DNA of 64,000 nucleotides from Paragordius varius (Eukaryota > Animalia > Nematomorpha), in assembly GCA_964247055.1 (NCBI GenBank), contig OZ176050.1, forward strand, positions 5,580,001-5,644,000, written 5' to 3'. The notes beneath the pieces are model-generated. The model saw nothing but the letters and a program-made list of their open reading frames with translations, did not search any database and had not been told where the DNA came from. Each line of letters begins with the position of its first letter. Position 1 is the first letter of the stretch. Positions 1-15,300 of this stretch are shown piece by piece. Made by a program: the position numbers and the translations under genes.

Positions 1-394
1 AGATAAATTTAGCTAATAAATATAAATCAAATTTACATCCCAAATTGTTTTATTTTTTAGGGTATATTTAACAAGACGATTGAAAAAATTGATTATTATT
101 TTACCAATTTAAATTTATTGAATTAGAGTCATTTCTAAAAATATAGTGCTAATTAATTATTCCTTTGGGGTTAGAATATCTATGCTAAAATCACGCTATA
201 CTTACGAGCTTATAAAAAAAGATTAATCTATGGATTAAAGACTACAAATTACTTAGTTATTTGAACCTTGTATTACATAATGATAAAGTGAATAAATAAT
301 CTACCTATGTAAGTTGCATAAAGTGTAGAAATTATAACCTACAGTTATTTCAGGATGATTTGATTTATAAAAATCGTTTTGATTCATTCCATAG

Positions 395-921
395 ATTCTG
401 CAAGATCATCCAATAATTATTCATTTATGTCAAACAAATCGCAACTGTGGAACATGCTTTATGGTCAAATGATCCCACGTCCTCTGCTAATCAAAATTAA
501 AACACTTGGAAACGAAATTATCAGGGGATTCAGATTTAACAGCTTTTGCCAACCCATTTGTTTAACTGACGCACCATTCAATGTAGTTGGTTATATGACA
601 AGTTTCGGAATGGCAAGTTCATTACTTTAATGTTTACTGCATAATGATTTAAATTTTTTTCTCCTTTAATAAAAATCATCGTTAAAACTTTAATCATCAA
701 TCTAATTAATATAGTTTTCTACTTTTTAGATCAATACAAATACAAGTCCTTACTCAAAATTAGTCGTGTCAAAAAAATTTCATCCATTTTATGTCCTTTT
801 ATGAATAGTATATTAGATATTAGAACAGTAGTATGTTTGAAAAGCATTTCCACATATCCCGAGAATGTTTATAGTTTGTGTATGGATGAAGTGGGAAGCC
901 CAGTTATCAGCATTGTAAATG
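395..921 (+). CDS. Trypsin-like serine protease homolog (catalytically inactive), partial gene; exons 395-616 and 730-921
   Basis: Phase-1 AG/GT exons encode ...PRPLLIKIK...FNSFCQPICL...GMA / NQYKYKSLLKI...CPF...CLKS...LCMDEVGSPVISIVN. Asp102 motif has R and the GDSGGP motif reads DEVGSP. Intron positions and the 192-nt exon match the paralog at 9354-12845. 5' exons not found; last exon uncertain (candidate 2693-2790). Confidence 0.75.
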
Positions 922-1171
922 GTAAGTTTTTTAAAATACTGCTATAGTTATATGTTAAAGTTTGAATATATATTATCAAATTAAATATAGATTTTGCAAC
1001 TGAATACCACCTTTAATTTTTTTGAAACTTGATAATCCAGTTTTATATATTACTTTATTAACAAAACCTTTTATTTTAATTCATGCTAAATATTAATGAC
1101 AAAATTAAATGGACATTACTAATAATTTTAAACATAACCTTTAATACATAAGATAGCGTATAGTATTTTAC

Positions 1172-2302
1172 CAGGGCTTGGAACCGGAACCGGAACCTAG
1201 TTCCTGGGATTTTAACAAGAACCGGTTCCATTGAGATGGAACCAACGCTTTCATTTCCCCGGGAACCACCCCGGGTCCGGTTCCAATATTTAAGGAAACA
1301 TCCCGGTTCTAACTATAATCTTTTTGGAACCAACCCGGTTCCGGTTCCAACCGTTCAGGAACAAACCCTGTTCCGTTTCCACCCCCTTAATTTTTATTAT
1401 ACAGTAAAAAGTGAAATTATACTGACGAAAAATATAAAACTTTTCACAAAGATCTTGATTTTTTTTAAATATAACTCTTTTTTTTAATCTACAAGGTATA
1501 ATACAGAAATGTAAATTTGTAATATAATAAATTATATTTACAATATTAATTAATAGTTTATATAGGATTATTAAGGTTTAAAAAAGTATGGTTGTCTTTT
1601 GAAAAAAAATTGTCTTTACATTTTTATATTTTGTCCGTATAATATCAATTATTACTGTAAAAATTTTATTCTATTATTTAAATTTGATTGTACCATTACA
1701 TATTATATACTTCAAACTTTAAACCTAAAACTAAGCGCCTTATATTATATTAGCGATACTTTCTGAATTTTGGGCGATTGGGCTGTTCTAAAAAAAGTAA
1801 TAGTCATAAGTCGAGTTTATTTATAATACATATGTTCGAGGATATAGGTCTCCGTTGGGAATTTTTTTACCCTTAATTTAATATTTTTAGACAGAAGCAG
1901 TTTGACCAGCGATTTTTATGGTGCAATAATTTTTTTTTAATAAGTTTTGTTAAATGCCATACTTAATTTAACTCTCAATTTATACCTTTGTACTTATACA
2001 TTTTCCCATTATATTTTATAATTTGTTTAATTTATTATGTTGCACTATATTTCTTTCACTATACATTGGCAATTTATAATGAATTGTTTAATTTAAATTG
2101 TTTATCTTGATTTTATTATTATGATAATAATTTTTTAAATCATTTAATCAAAAGTCAGGAACCGAAAATGGAGCCGGTTCTCAATGTAAAGAACCGGTTC
2201 CGGAACCGCTAAATTTATGAAGAACCAACGCGGTTCCGGTTTCATTTCCCCAGGAACCGACCCGGTTCCGGTTCCACTTTTTTAAACCGGTTCCAAGCCC
2301 TG
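1172..2302. mobile_element. Non-autonomous hAT-type element (MITE)
   Basis: 16-bp TIR CAGGGCTTGGAACCGG / CCGGTTCCAAGCCCTG, perfect 8-bp TSD TATTTTAC (1164-1171, 2303-2310), subterminal GGAACC repeats. Confidence 0.9.
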
Positions 2303-2948
2303 TATTTTACCCATTGTCATATGTTATTTTGTCTAAAACATCATACTCTTTGCGATATTTATGTGTTGCAAAATAATGCTTTAAAATATAAGCAAGAAAT
2401 ATTAAAAAAATATACAATATGAATTCTATTCTCTGTCAATCCCTATCTAGCCAAAATTTATAATATATTAGTATAATTTAAAATTTAACCTTTAATCAAT
2501 TTCGCCAAATCCAATAGATATTTAACACAATAAATACGCTTATATATACAAATTTGTCGTAATTTTATTGATGTCATAATTATTTTTGGATCAAATTTTA
2601 GGGTATATAACAAGCGAGCGACGTAACATTATTAATTTATATAATTATTTTATGGTAATTAATATATAACTTTGAATGGCTTTTTGTTTTCAGAAAAAGT
2701 TATAAAAAAATTTTATTATCCGATAATAATATGAAGCTTAGCATAAATTTTATCCGGTTCGTTCCATACATTAATTTTATAATTTATTGAAACTTAAATT
2801 TGTAGTATTTATTTTTTAGATATTAATTATCTGTATATTTTTGGGTTCTAGTTTTTTTTGTTAAAATTAATTATCAAATAATTTGTGAATCATAAATTAG
2901 AAAAATAAAACATTTTATTTTTTTACCAGTTTGATAACATAAACCTTA

Positions 2949-4525
2949 TCTATATATTTATAAAAATGGAAAATGCTGACTTTGTGATCTGTTTCCGGAA
3001 AACCGGTATACCCATTCAATCCAAACATCGAAAAAATATAATCATTAATGAATGCCCCGACAATAGCTTCGCCCTTTTTTGAGGTCCCCAGTTCGGGCCC
3101 ACCCCGTGTAAAAAACGGTTTTTTTTGAAAACGTCCACAAAAATCGTATCTTTGAGACATGTTTTCCGAAAACGTGTTGACCATTCGATTTCAAATATGA
3201 TTTTTTTTTACTTATTTTCGATTGCGCCGAACATAGTCGGCTCGCTTTTTTAATTTCTCTTTTAACCTGCTCCCCCCGTAAAATGCCACTTTTTTTCAAA
3301 AAATTAAGTCCACAAAAATAATTTTTTGAATCTATTTTTCGCCCAAATTATGCGACCGTCAAAATTCAATAAGGATTTCAGGTATTCCCTGTTAAGAGGC
3401 AAAAAAAATTTTAGTCAAGCGTTTCTTTGATGATAGCTGCTGGGTAAGGAGATACCCGCTAAAAACTGACCCGTCATATCAAAATGGCGTGCCTTTGGGG
3501 CTAAGTTTCAGAAAACCTATCAGGCCATATGAGTTCAATAACTGCTAAAGTATTACCCGAAACAACAAAAATTCTAATCGTACGGTTTTTAAAAATTAAA
3601 AATTCGCCCCCATACAAGGACCTGCAAAATTTAAGTCGGGCGGTTTTTTAAATTAGCGGTTAAATAGGCCCTTTAAGCCAAAATGAGCTATCATTGAACT
3701 ATTATTTAGTTTTGAAGCCATTCTTCCATAAACTATTAAGAGCATTTGGAATGAATGATGATTCCAGGTATTCCCATATAAAGGCAAAAATATTATCGAA
3801 CGTCCTTTTTATATTGGCCTCTGGGTAGGGAGCTACTTGCCTAAAACTGCGCCATCATATGAAAATTCCGTTGTTTAGGAGTTAATTTTCAGAAATCAAG
3901 CCATATAAGTTTTATAAGGGCCTGAAATATTACCCCTAAAACGGCAAGAAATTAAGTCGAGCGGATTTTTTAAATTAGGGGTTAAATAGGCTATGGGTAG
4001 GGGACTACCCGCGTAAAATGCGTCACTATATCGATACAGCATGTTTTTGGAGCCAAATTTCAGAAACCTTATGAGACTATGTGAGTTCAATAAGGGCCTA
4101 AAATATTAATTACCCCTTAAAAAATATTTTAGTATAAGGGCTTATTTCAATGAGTCGTTAAGAAAAGTTTTACGCCCTGAAAATTTCGCCACCATAGAAC
4201 AATGTTTTGGTTTTGAAGCAATATTCCAAGAACTTATAGGAACATATGGACATTATAATTCCAAATATTCCCCATACAAAGACAAAAATTTTGCCCGACG
4301 TTTTTTATACCTGCCTCTGGGTAAGGAGCTACCCTCCAAAAACTGTGCCACTATATAGAATTTGCGTTGTACTAATTTAAAACTTATGCCATATAAGCTC
4401 ATTTAAAGTTCGAAATAATACCCGTAACTAGGTAAAAATTAAAGTCAGGCCTTTTTTATTAGCCGTTAATTTGGGGCTTTTATGCCCTAAAAATACGCCA
4501 TCATATAACGATTATTTAGTGTTGG
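2949..4525 (+). mobile_element. Non-autonomous Helitron-like element with internal tandem subrepeats (copy A, 3' truncated)
   Basis: Begins A|TCTATATATTTATAAAAATGG; homologous to reverse copies at 23040-25082 and 25424-26911; recurring GGGTAGGGAGCTAC-like units; GCCGA-ACATAG-TCGGC hairpin near 3226-3241. Confidence 0.65.
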
Positions 4526-5649
4526 CGGCAAAAATAGTTTAAGATGAGGATTTTTCCAATTTTACATCTTTTATAAAAAAAGTTTGCGACAGGGCATATT
4601 TTCAAATTCGGCTTAATACTTAAAATACTTTTTAATGTTCAAATATCGAATCGATCTGGGATATATCCAGAAGAGGTAATGGGGTGTTGATAAAAAAATA
4701 ATATTTTTCAGAATGTATGAATTTCGCTTTAATAACCCCAAAAAGGATTGCAGTGTTTTGTATTATATATAACCTGATTGAATAACTATATTTTTAGTCA
4801 ATCAATGTCTTATCTAATATCTCTTTTAGTGGGGATTAGGGTAAAGGCAGATAACACAGTGGAATATATATCTTTATATGGACAGCTTAAAGCTTTGGCA
4901 ATCGCCTCCCAAGAGCCGAGAGTGAGGATGATAAAATTTTTAAGTATCAGAATTTGAACTCTTACATACATAAACGAATACGATTTCGGTGTGTTCATAA
5001 ATAATATTTACAAAATTTTATTTAAAGTTTTCACTTTACTTATATATACTCTGTAATATAGGCAAGGCAACCCTAATGGCACTATACGTGGAGCCCTGGG
5101 ATGAAACATGTATTAATAAATATGGATTATTTCTTCGAATAAATTCCTTTTATAATTGGATTCAACGTAAAATAAATCGATAATTATTTATTTTATCTAT
5201 TATCAATGATAAATTATATATATTTATAATAAACTGTACGGCGAAAATGGGGATCAAAAAAATAAATCTTAATGAATCATATATCGTTCGATAGCTAAAA
5301 ACTTTAAGATAAATTTTGAAATGATATATGCGGTTAAAATAATACAATAATATCATTTTAATTTTTCTATTATTAGCCAAAATCAAAAAATCGCATTTTT
5401 ATCGCACATTTCGTCAAATAAAATTAAATACAATAGATGAAAACGTGTCAACTAAATTTAATTTGTTTAAATATAGCATAAAAAGAATTTTAAAACGCAA
5501 AATATTATCAAAAAGATCTTACATTTTGGAAGGTCCCAAAAAGATTTTCAAGAATATAAGCTTAAAAAATTGCAATTTGTCGTCAAATTTAAATCATAAA
5601 AACTAATTAATATGCGGTAAAAGATTTTTTTTAAAAAAAAATACATCAA

Positions 5650-6098
5650 CTCTATATATATAAATTACCCAATACGCCTTCAAAATTTAAGCCTTATATA
5701 AAAAAGAATTTTTTTTTGATAATTTACACCAAGGCGGAAACTGGGTATAATTTTGACAAAATATCCAATATATATGATAAATACTTTTTCCATACAATTT
5801 GATGCAGAAAAAAAGTTCTATCATCTCAGTATTTTGTAAGAGAATTACCCTAAAATTTGATTATATATTTTTGGCGCCTTTGCTTTTAATACCGGCTTTA
5901 GGGCATAAAAATTTTCAAAATTAAAAAAACCAGTCGATAATTCTTTTTTAGTATGGAAAAGATATTTATAATATATATATTGGACGTTTTGTAAAAATTA
6001 TGCGCAGCTTCCACTTTGGTGCAAATTATCGAACTTTTTTATATAAAATTTAATTTTTTTGAAGGAGATATATTTGGCAATTTCTATACATATATAGA
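5650..6098. mobile_element. Palindromic (foldback) MITE
   Basis: Ends CTCTATATAT... / ...ATATATAGAG with long imperfect inverted arms (5745-5800 vs 5950-6000). Confidence 0.5.
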
Positions 6099-7072
6099 GT
6101 AAATATAGGATGTTTGAGGCGAGTGATGTCTCTTTATAAGACCGTATCAGATGACGTGTCGAGAGGTTCCCACTTTCTTTCTCCAGTGGATTGGCGCGTA
6201 ATCAAATGACTAGTTAACCTAATTTCAAAAAAATGCCCCGCCTGTATTCCGTATTTTGTCTCTTGGATTGGTGGCCATATCGTATCGCATAGATATGTCG
6301 TCTTGAAATTTTAGTTGATAAAATGGACTTGCTACGATACGTCAAGAAAACCCAAATCTACTATTTAATAAGGCCAAAAACTATCCCACAAATTTCGTTT
6401 TAAAAGGATTCAAGTTAACCATCTGGGTGCGTTATCTTTATCAACTCATATCAATAACTATACCATTATTTACACTTTATGTAACGTGATAAATTTTTAA
6501 GCATTGGGCTATTTGGTAAGAAAGTCTCGCGAAGATTATTATATAAGTGAAGTCGTTATTTTATATGGTGAAAAGTAACGGACAATGTCATGTTTATATT
6601 TGACCCATATGTCATGTGTGAGTTTGTTCATCAATTAGTGGGATGCATACGGCCTTAAAAATGCTTTTTTATGGGCCCGATTTTTTTACATTTTTGATTC
6701 ACGTATTTGGAGCATAAATATCTGCAAATATGTAAAATAGCGGTGAAAATTTTATCGGTAGCCTTGAGACAAGAAAATATTATGTCCCATAAAAAATTGT
6801 TGTAAAGCAATGCTAGGACAATAAAAAATTTTAATATATATATATATGTAGGAAACTTAATATTATGCCTATTCGTCGACAATATTTTGCCTAGTTGCTA
6901 TTGGCAATCAAATGATATAGAGGCATTTTATCTTGTTTATTTTATAATTATTTTTTCTCGCAACTCTTTTTTCAAAAATCCAGCTTTTTATCTCCAAACG
7001 ACAACCATTTATGCTCTTTTTTTATTTTCAGGTATCATTGTACAATATGAGTAAATATACATTGCACTAATT

Positions 7073-7830
7073 TAGGCTGACCAGATTTTTAAATGGAAAA
7101 AGCGGGACAACTCTAAAAACGGAAGGGAGGGGGTTTACTATCAAAAATTTTCCAAAAAATATTATCGTATTATTTTTTTATTTTCAAAATAATACAACTT
7201 ATAAGTATAAAATATGTATATTTCATTCCTTAATATATTTTTTATTTGAGTGAATTTATTTGAGCAGGTAGTTATCATTTTTTAATATATTATATAAATC
7301 TTCACAAGAATTTGTTAAATTATATTTCACATATAAAATGGCTTTCAGAGTTTCAACATTTAATTTTGATTTTTCTGATGTCCACACTTGATTAAAAAAC
7401 GCGTTCAGTTGCTTAATGTAATCCAATAAAAATAATCAATATCATTGAATCGCACCTACCAGTCTTCTTGATAATCTTTGCAGTTGGTATAAAACCTTTT
7501 TATATGGTTCATGATATCCTGACGGTTTATTGCACCTTGCTCTTCGAGCTCGTTTATATATTGCAAATAGCTGGCAGAAAATTATTTTCTAACCTCCCTT
7601 CACATTGGTATTTTAAATTATTAACCTCATTTGCTACTTAGATTGCAGATAATTTACCCTCAATAAGTTTAATGACGTTTTTAAAAAGAGCAGCTAATTA
7701 ACTTTCAAAAAACCTTTCTAAAATTGTAGGACATTTGTCTTGCGATAGAGATCAGGATTTTAAAGGATCATATATTTTCAAAATTCTTTCGATAGGTGCC
7801 AGAAACCAATCTAAAAGGTTAAGTGAATTT
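7073..7830 (-). pseudogene. Decayed, internally deleted hAT transposase with one TIR
   Basis: Minus-strand frames give LAPIERILKIYDPLKS*SLSQDKCPTILERFF, ELEEQG...KRFYTNCKDYQEDW and ERVF..NQVWTSEKSKLNVETLKAILYVKYN...LLK*IHSNKKY (hAT C-terminal dimerisation region). Multiple stops. TIR-like TAGGCTGACCAGAT at 7073. Confidence 0.75.
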
Positions 7831-9353
7831 TACTATATATTTCCTTATAAATTACAAGAAAATCTCCTGGCTTTTTAAATCCTGTTCCGACGCTAAGAAA
7901 GATCTTTTGCATTGAATCGTGACGGGTGATGCAAAGTGGCTTTATCTTGTGAATTCAAGCGGGAAAAATTGTGACTTTTACCATGTTAAACCGTTTCACA
8001 CTATAGGTAAATCTCGTCAAAACGACCATGCTCTGTGCCAGATGGGACCGGAGCGGTAATGTGTAATATAAACTTTTGAAACCCGGTGAAACCGTTACAC
8101 AAAAGAACACCAGCAAATAATTGATTTAAACCATTCATAATCAATTAATTACCAGAATGTACATGATGACTTGTAAAGGGATTTAGCTACATGAAGTGAA
8201 AAACTTCAAATCAGCTCGATGGGAAACTATTTTGCCTCCGGTGGACTCTGGTGATCTGGCGACATCTGACTTATACAATTCGCATCAAGAAGGCGCCCCT
8301 TTGCAGATTAGCACTTTTGTAATTTCTAAGACGTTGGGTAATGGCTTAACGATTGGCTTTCTGCAAATAACAATACATTTTGATAGCATGACAATATATA
8401 CTACCGAAGTGAGCCAAATGTTTTGAAGCCGATGAATTTACTTTCCAAATTACATTTATTTTTTAAAAAACTATAAAAACTTATGACAACACCCTGTAAA
8501 CAATTTATTTCGTGATTCTATAGGGAATCGCTTTCGATTTGCCCCTGGTAAGTTTTGATTTCATCGATGTTAGATGCACTTGCTTCTTTTAACCAAAATA
8601 ATGATGTAATTAGCGCACAAAAATATTCATAATTTATTTATTTATTTTGCATGTTACTATAGCGAATTAATTCAATATATAATCCTCTTAATCCAATCAA
8701 TGTATTCGGATATTTTAAGAAATATCCCATAAGAATTAGTACAACTTGCGCTCCAGGGTTGAACATACAAACCCAAAAGTATCATTTTCGCTAAAATAAA
8801 AAATATTAACATCAACATATATTTTACAACAGAAAAAACCAACACGCGGCCCGCAAAAAATTTGGAAATCCTTAAATTGCAATAATATGCTTTTAAAATT
8901 TTTATTAAATCTATCCATTGGCAAAGAACTAGGAAAATCTGAAATTATTTATCAAAGATTATATATATTTCAATTGCGCCCCGGGTTTTTGAGTCAAAAA
9001 GGCGGGCGAATTTGTGTTGGTAACCATTGTTTTGAACCAAGCATCTAATCGCCAATCATATTTAGTTTTGGAAACAACAATTTTAGTAACCATCTATAAA
9101 AATAAGAATTAATGAATTTTCCAGCAATGACTAATCAAACATCAGGATTTGTTGTAAAATACTTAATATATTTTTAATATTAAGAGATTAATTGAAATTA
9201 AAAACAAACGGTCTCTATTATAATTATGATGTATTCTTACAAACCCCGACATAAATGACAGAGTTTATTTTTCTTACTCAAAAACTTCTACTCATTTTTC
9301 TAGTTTAGATTTTTTCCATAAACTGCTTACTTATATATATTGAATTAAAATAC

Positions 9354-12300
9354 CATCGGAGGAGGCTATTAATGGACTTCCTATAATATCATTACACAAA
9401 TTAGACAGATTGGTTAGAACGTGTGGCTCCGCTCTCATACAAACAAATTTCCGTGCATTTATTAACTGATGTGGAAAGGGACAAATCGTTTCAGACACTT
9501 TTTCAAATGACCCAACTTTGACCAAAGATTTTTGTTTATAATCATCTAAAATTAGTTAAACTATATAATATAGATAAAATAGTATAAATGACAACAAATA
9601 ACACAAATTTGGTATTTTTACGGTTTGTTAAGCCATGACAGTAAAATGGTTTTTTAAAAATCGTTCATGTTGAATGAAACAGAATGGATTTTACTAATTT
9701 ACTCTTTAATATCAGTCTAAAGAGGGAAGGAAAGCCTAGTTAATTCAGTCCCATTATTTCAATGTTAATCAAAAGTATTAAACCTGCATGTTGTGTTACC
9801 CAAGCATTAATTGTTTAATAAATATTTTTTAAAGCTTAGAGTGTAAATTGGCTTGACGTATATATTTAATGTTGATAAACATAATCTACAAATGAAAAAA
9901 TAGATGACATACTAATACAGTTTAAGCTAAATTTGCTTTATTTAATAATAATATAATAATAATAATAATAATAATCTTTAACGCAATATTAGGTAAAGCT
10001 GTATTTGTCAGAAGTCCAGAAGTAAACCAAAAAATTTAATCCATGACATACGAATCAAAAATAAGAAGATCATGCAATGAAAGGTTTATTAAAATTCTAT
10101 TATATTATATATATTATAATAAATTAAAATTTACCAATCAATTGTGTATTTAAAGTGATTTTGCTTGCTAATGTGAAATTTTTTTAGGTTATTAATCATA
10201 GCGGAAGTGAAGAAATCTTTTCACAACCAAATTTTTATACAATCGTTGTATAAAACCTTTATCGCCTCAATTTTTATTTGGAAAATTCTTATACTTAAAA
10301 ATATTGATTGAAATCGCGCCATTTTGGGTATAAACTTTTTCAGTCAAAAAACTGAAACCATAGTGAATTTTTTTGATCGCGCATATTTTTTACGCAACTT
10401 TCCCTATCATGCAAATTAAAAAATTCTCTTTTTATATGTAGCTTAAATCGTTTTCTAAACGCACATATAAGCTTAAATTATAATTTATAATATTAAAAAC
10501 GGTAAAATTTGCTACCACATAATCAAAACTTTTAGTGGTATAAAATTGCTCGCGAAAATCCGATATATAGCTTTAGTTCTTCTCTCAGGGATCGTCTAAA
10601 ACTTAAAAGCTTTTAAATGATATTTTCGCTTAAAATTATTATATTTAATATTGATTAATCATAGTTGACGCGTTTTCTTATTTTATAAATTTTATTCTAA
10701 GCATGAAAAATGCGATCTTTCGATTTGAGCTAATACACCAATTTTTCCATTCCCTAAGTCGTTTTACAGAGGCTTTTCGATACCCCTTTTTATTGCAGAA
10801 TATAACACTGTGTGCAAAAAAATTTTAACAAAATAATTTTTTTCATGAGATAGGTTATGACCGGCATTTGCAGTAAAAAATTTTCTTTGTTTAGACCTAA
10901 TAACGTGAAAATTAAGGATAATCAAGTATGATTCAAAAAATAATGATAAAAGTTTAAATATTATAAGTTATTATCATTTTAGGAGATATTTTCGATAAAT
11001 AAATAGCCTAAAATCATATAATAAGGGTTTCTATTAATCATAGTTCAAAAGATGGCGTTTTTCTTTTAACATACACTTAAGAGACAAAATTTTTGTTAGG
11101 AACTATAATAAAATAATTTTTTTTAATTATTTACTAGCTGAACCCATTAATTTTAACATTCATATTTTATTCAGTAAAATAAACTTATATATCAAAATAA
11201 AACTAAACAATATTGTTTTTACTTTTTTCTTTTTTCATCTGTTTATGACGGTATTTGGAATTTCAAATGAGCGGGAATTAGTATATAAATTATTTCAAAA
11301 TAAAATTGACAAGTATTAAAAAATCAACCAAAAATCCGTACATATCCCAATAAAAATATTAATTTGTGTTAAAACACGCTTGTTACAGGAATTAGTAAGG
11401 ATTGTTGGTTGATATTCCACTACTTTTAAATCAAAATTCTTGCTCAAGTAAGATTCCAAATAAAAAAGTATGAATATTATACACTCATTAACAATAAAGT
11501 TTTTTAACTGAATAAAATATAATTGTTAAGATTTTAATATTGAGTTTAGCTGGTACATAACTGAAAAAATTATTTTAATATAGTTTCATAAACACAATTT
11601 GATTTGAGTTATGAAATCCCTATATATGTGATTTTAGGCCATTATATTAAAAATATCTCCTTTTGCCAATTCATTTTCTAAGTAAATGAATCAATAAACG
11701 TTTACTAATTTTTAATTATATCCAAATCTTCCCCCTGTTTGGGGCTTTAATGGAAATATTATATTTGGAATTTGTTTTTTATTATGGGTAGGGCACAATT
11801 TTAATGCCTTAACTAGTCTTTACCATCTCTTCAGCGGTATAATTTAGAAACCGTTTATATTATTTTAAAGTTATTGATGGAAAAAGCATAGGAAATTGAA
11901 AAACTTGATTTTATTTATAACATTTATATATAAGTTTAAAAATGCGCAATGTTATTATGGTTGTTCATAAGCCATCAAAGGGGTGGCTTGTAGTTCTGGC
12001 ACCCGGTGAGTAAATCCGTGATGATGCCCCCATCCCCCTCCATGCATTCCCTTGCATTTTCAAAAAATAATGAAATTCAAACCTACTCTCGTAAATGTGT
12101 CATTTTTTATGTATTATTTAAAATAATAACTTTTAAATACCAGTATGTTTTAAAATAAAATTATTTTTTTTAAAATCTGGCGCCCCTTTAATTATGGCGC
12201 CCGGTGCCTCAGCCTCCTTCCTCCCAGCTACGCAATTGTCAACCACCTTACAAGTTTAAACAATTTTTTAAACGAAATATCAAAATAAAGCTATAAATTA

Positions 12301-15300
12301 TATCAAACGAAAGAAGAGCGTTAAACTTATAATAGTCAACGATAAAATTTAAGATTATATTTCTTAAGGATTAATATTTTTTAGCAAGCTTGCATCGTAT
12401 TCCTAAAATAACGCTATATATTAAAAAAATGAAAAAAGCTAATCAACTGCAATCGTTTTTCATGATTAAGTCCTTAATTTAGGTAATATGACATTTTTTC
12501 CAATTTTACTATGCCTATACGTATATATAGATGTGATAACTAATATTTTCTAAGCAAATATATATTCTCTACAAAATATAATATTTAAATAAATAAATAT
12601 TTGAATAAAATGTTTTAATTATCTATTTTAATTTTTTAGTATCAAAATAGATTTGATACTTGCATTTCCGAATCCGACCATAAGTCCATAACTGAATGAT
12701 CTGACATTTCGGCTTATCGCAATGGGTTGATGAAATGTGTTAAACGTAAAACCATGAACGCCGCTAACATTTCCGTAGTTTATCACATGAGCCTTTATTT
12801 TAATAAGTAAGGGATGTGGATTTTGAAGTGAATGTATATCAGGATCTATATCAACTACATGGTCCAAAAATTGTAAACAAATTATTAATTAATAAAAATA
12901 TCCAATTTTTATTAAATGGCAGCTGTAAAATTCCAAAAGTTTAGTCCGAAAAAACCAAATATTGGGTTAAAAATAAATTTTAGCACCTAGCTTAATGGTA
13001 TATTTTTTGTTTCATCAAAAATATAATGACAATTTACCATTGCCCTGCATAGAATCGATTTCATGAATTTGTTCGGAAATATCCCAATGATTTTGATTTA
13101 TGTCCCCGGATTTTATTATATTATGACTCATGTTGAGTCCCAAATTATACGCTACCTCCAAACATGTCGTCAGAGAGAGGGCATAATATTCGCTTACAAT
13201 AACGCCCGAACAAATCATCTGTCCATTATTATACATATTTACTATCCTATCAAATTATAAAATAAATAAACATTTAATTTATTACATTTATATATATATA
13301 TATATATATATATACCATTTACACTACAAAACCACTCTCGAACAATTCGAATTCACCCAAAAAATTATATTTAGGATTAAAAATTATTTATATTGTTAGT
13401 TTTAAAAAAAGAGATTTTGTTCAAAATTAAAATAATACTGAAAAAATTATAAATTATGCCATAAAGATATATTTCATATTAATGATGAGTTATATTAGCC
13501 CGAAATCACAAAATTCATTTTTAGAGTGAACGAATTTGAATTGTTGTAAATTTGAAATGTAAATGGTATGTATTCTAACGCATAACTTAAGCTGTATATC
13601 TTTGTAATTGTAAATACAAATATAAAGTTGATTACCAAGGCGCTATTAAATTTTTTTCCCAAGTAGGGTCAATGTATCGATCGATTTCATTGTAATTCCA
13701 TTGTCCATAATAACTTCTTCCATAATGTTGGGGAGCTATGAAAAAATTTGTCTCTCAAAAAAGTCAAAAAGGCGAGATTAGGCAATAAGAATTTCTAATA
13801 CGATATAATGCCGAAATCATAATGTCACATCTTAGCATCTTATAAAATAATTAAATAATAACATGTATTTAAAAAAAACTAAAAATTTATGTAAAAATGT
13901 GACAATATATGCAACTTTTTTTGCATATAAAACTAATTGACCGAATTTTTATTTTAATTTAAATTTTTTTGATCATAGTTTATGGCTATTTACCAGGTTG
14001 ACAATGATATCCATGGTAACCTTGTTTACAATGACAATAACCATACAGATCACAATCACCATAAGATGTCGTTAAACTACAATTGCATTCTAAGTTATAA
14101 AAAATTTAGTATTTGGGCATAAAATTAATTTATCCTGCAAAAATAATAAAAACTAATTTTACAAAACCGTATGCAAACTGATATTTACATTAGTAAGTTT
14201 TTACAATTTTATATAAACGATGACTTTTTAGAGATACCAACGACCCAAAATTAAATGATGTGTTAGGTCACTTTAACGAACACTGCACTGTATATCATAA
14301 AACAGTGGTGTTAAAAAAATATTTGTGGTCAAGTTACTAACATTTTATAAGATTACTGTTAACTGCCCAATTTACGAACACTGGCGAATAAATTTTCAAT
14401 GAACTAGTAATACATTTAATTTTCTTATCTGTAACAAAAAAAGATGAGAATGCTCCTAAGCATGGTGACAGCTTATTTCATAATAGAATAGGCCGTTGAT
14501 TATAATAAATCAGATATTTTAATTAATAAAAAAATTGTTTCAAATATTAATATGAAAGAGCAGATGTTTGTTTCCTATGTGTTGTATACTTAAAAAGTAA
14601 AAAACTCTAAAAAAGCTTTTTAACACTTGGATACAACACACTCATTTTAATCCCTCGATTCAAATTGGGGTAGTTGGATACCCCAGGCCAGTTTAAAATC
14701 AAATACTTCAAAAAGTATGGAAGCAATCAAATCCATGGCAAAATTTTGCACTTATATAACATTAATAAACCGAAATACATAAAAAATTTTATTCAAAAAT
14801 ACTTGATATTACTTATTTTGAGCTAAAACTGAAAGGTAAAAATTTAGTCAATGTGACATGTGTCAAATTGTAAAATTAAAAAATACAAGAAAAACCGCTT
14901 TTTCTATTGCTATCAATGTTAGATATAATTTATAAAAAAAATAAGCTTTAGTTTTACCCTTAAAATTAAGTGAAGACGATATTTTGCAAAATTTTTGTAA
15001 AATAAAAATGGCGTCGAAGTAGTTTGAGATGGAACTTTTTTTTAAAACAAAATTTTATCAAAATATTTTGGCATATTTATATAATATTTATCAGGATAGA
15101 AGCATAAATTTAAATTGGGACCGTTTCCTTCAATGTTTTTTTAAAAATTTTAATTTAAATTTAGTCTGGGGTATTTAGTTACCCCAATTTGAATCAAAGT
15201 GTTAATTATATAAATCATATGTTTTAGCAAAAAAAACTTTTAAAATAATAGCTTACGTTTGATATAATATGCCCGAAAAATTATCCTATCGATCTAACTA

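Noticed and set aside
6330-6790. Possible LINE endonuclease (IYAPN) or DDE (DNAP) remnants
   Set aside because: Too degenerate to call without a search.
9040-9330. Terminal exon of the EGF-protease gene
   Set aside because: Nearly every phase-1 acceptor, including one at 24 nt, hits an early stop. The one open candidate (VIAGKFINSYFYRWLL...) lacks convincing trypsin C-terminal motifs.
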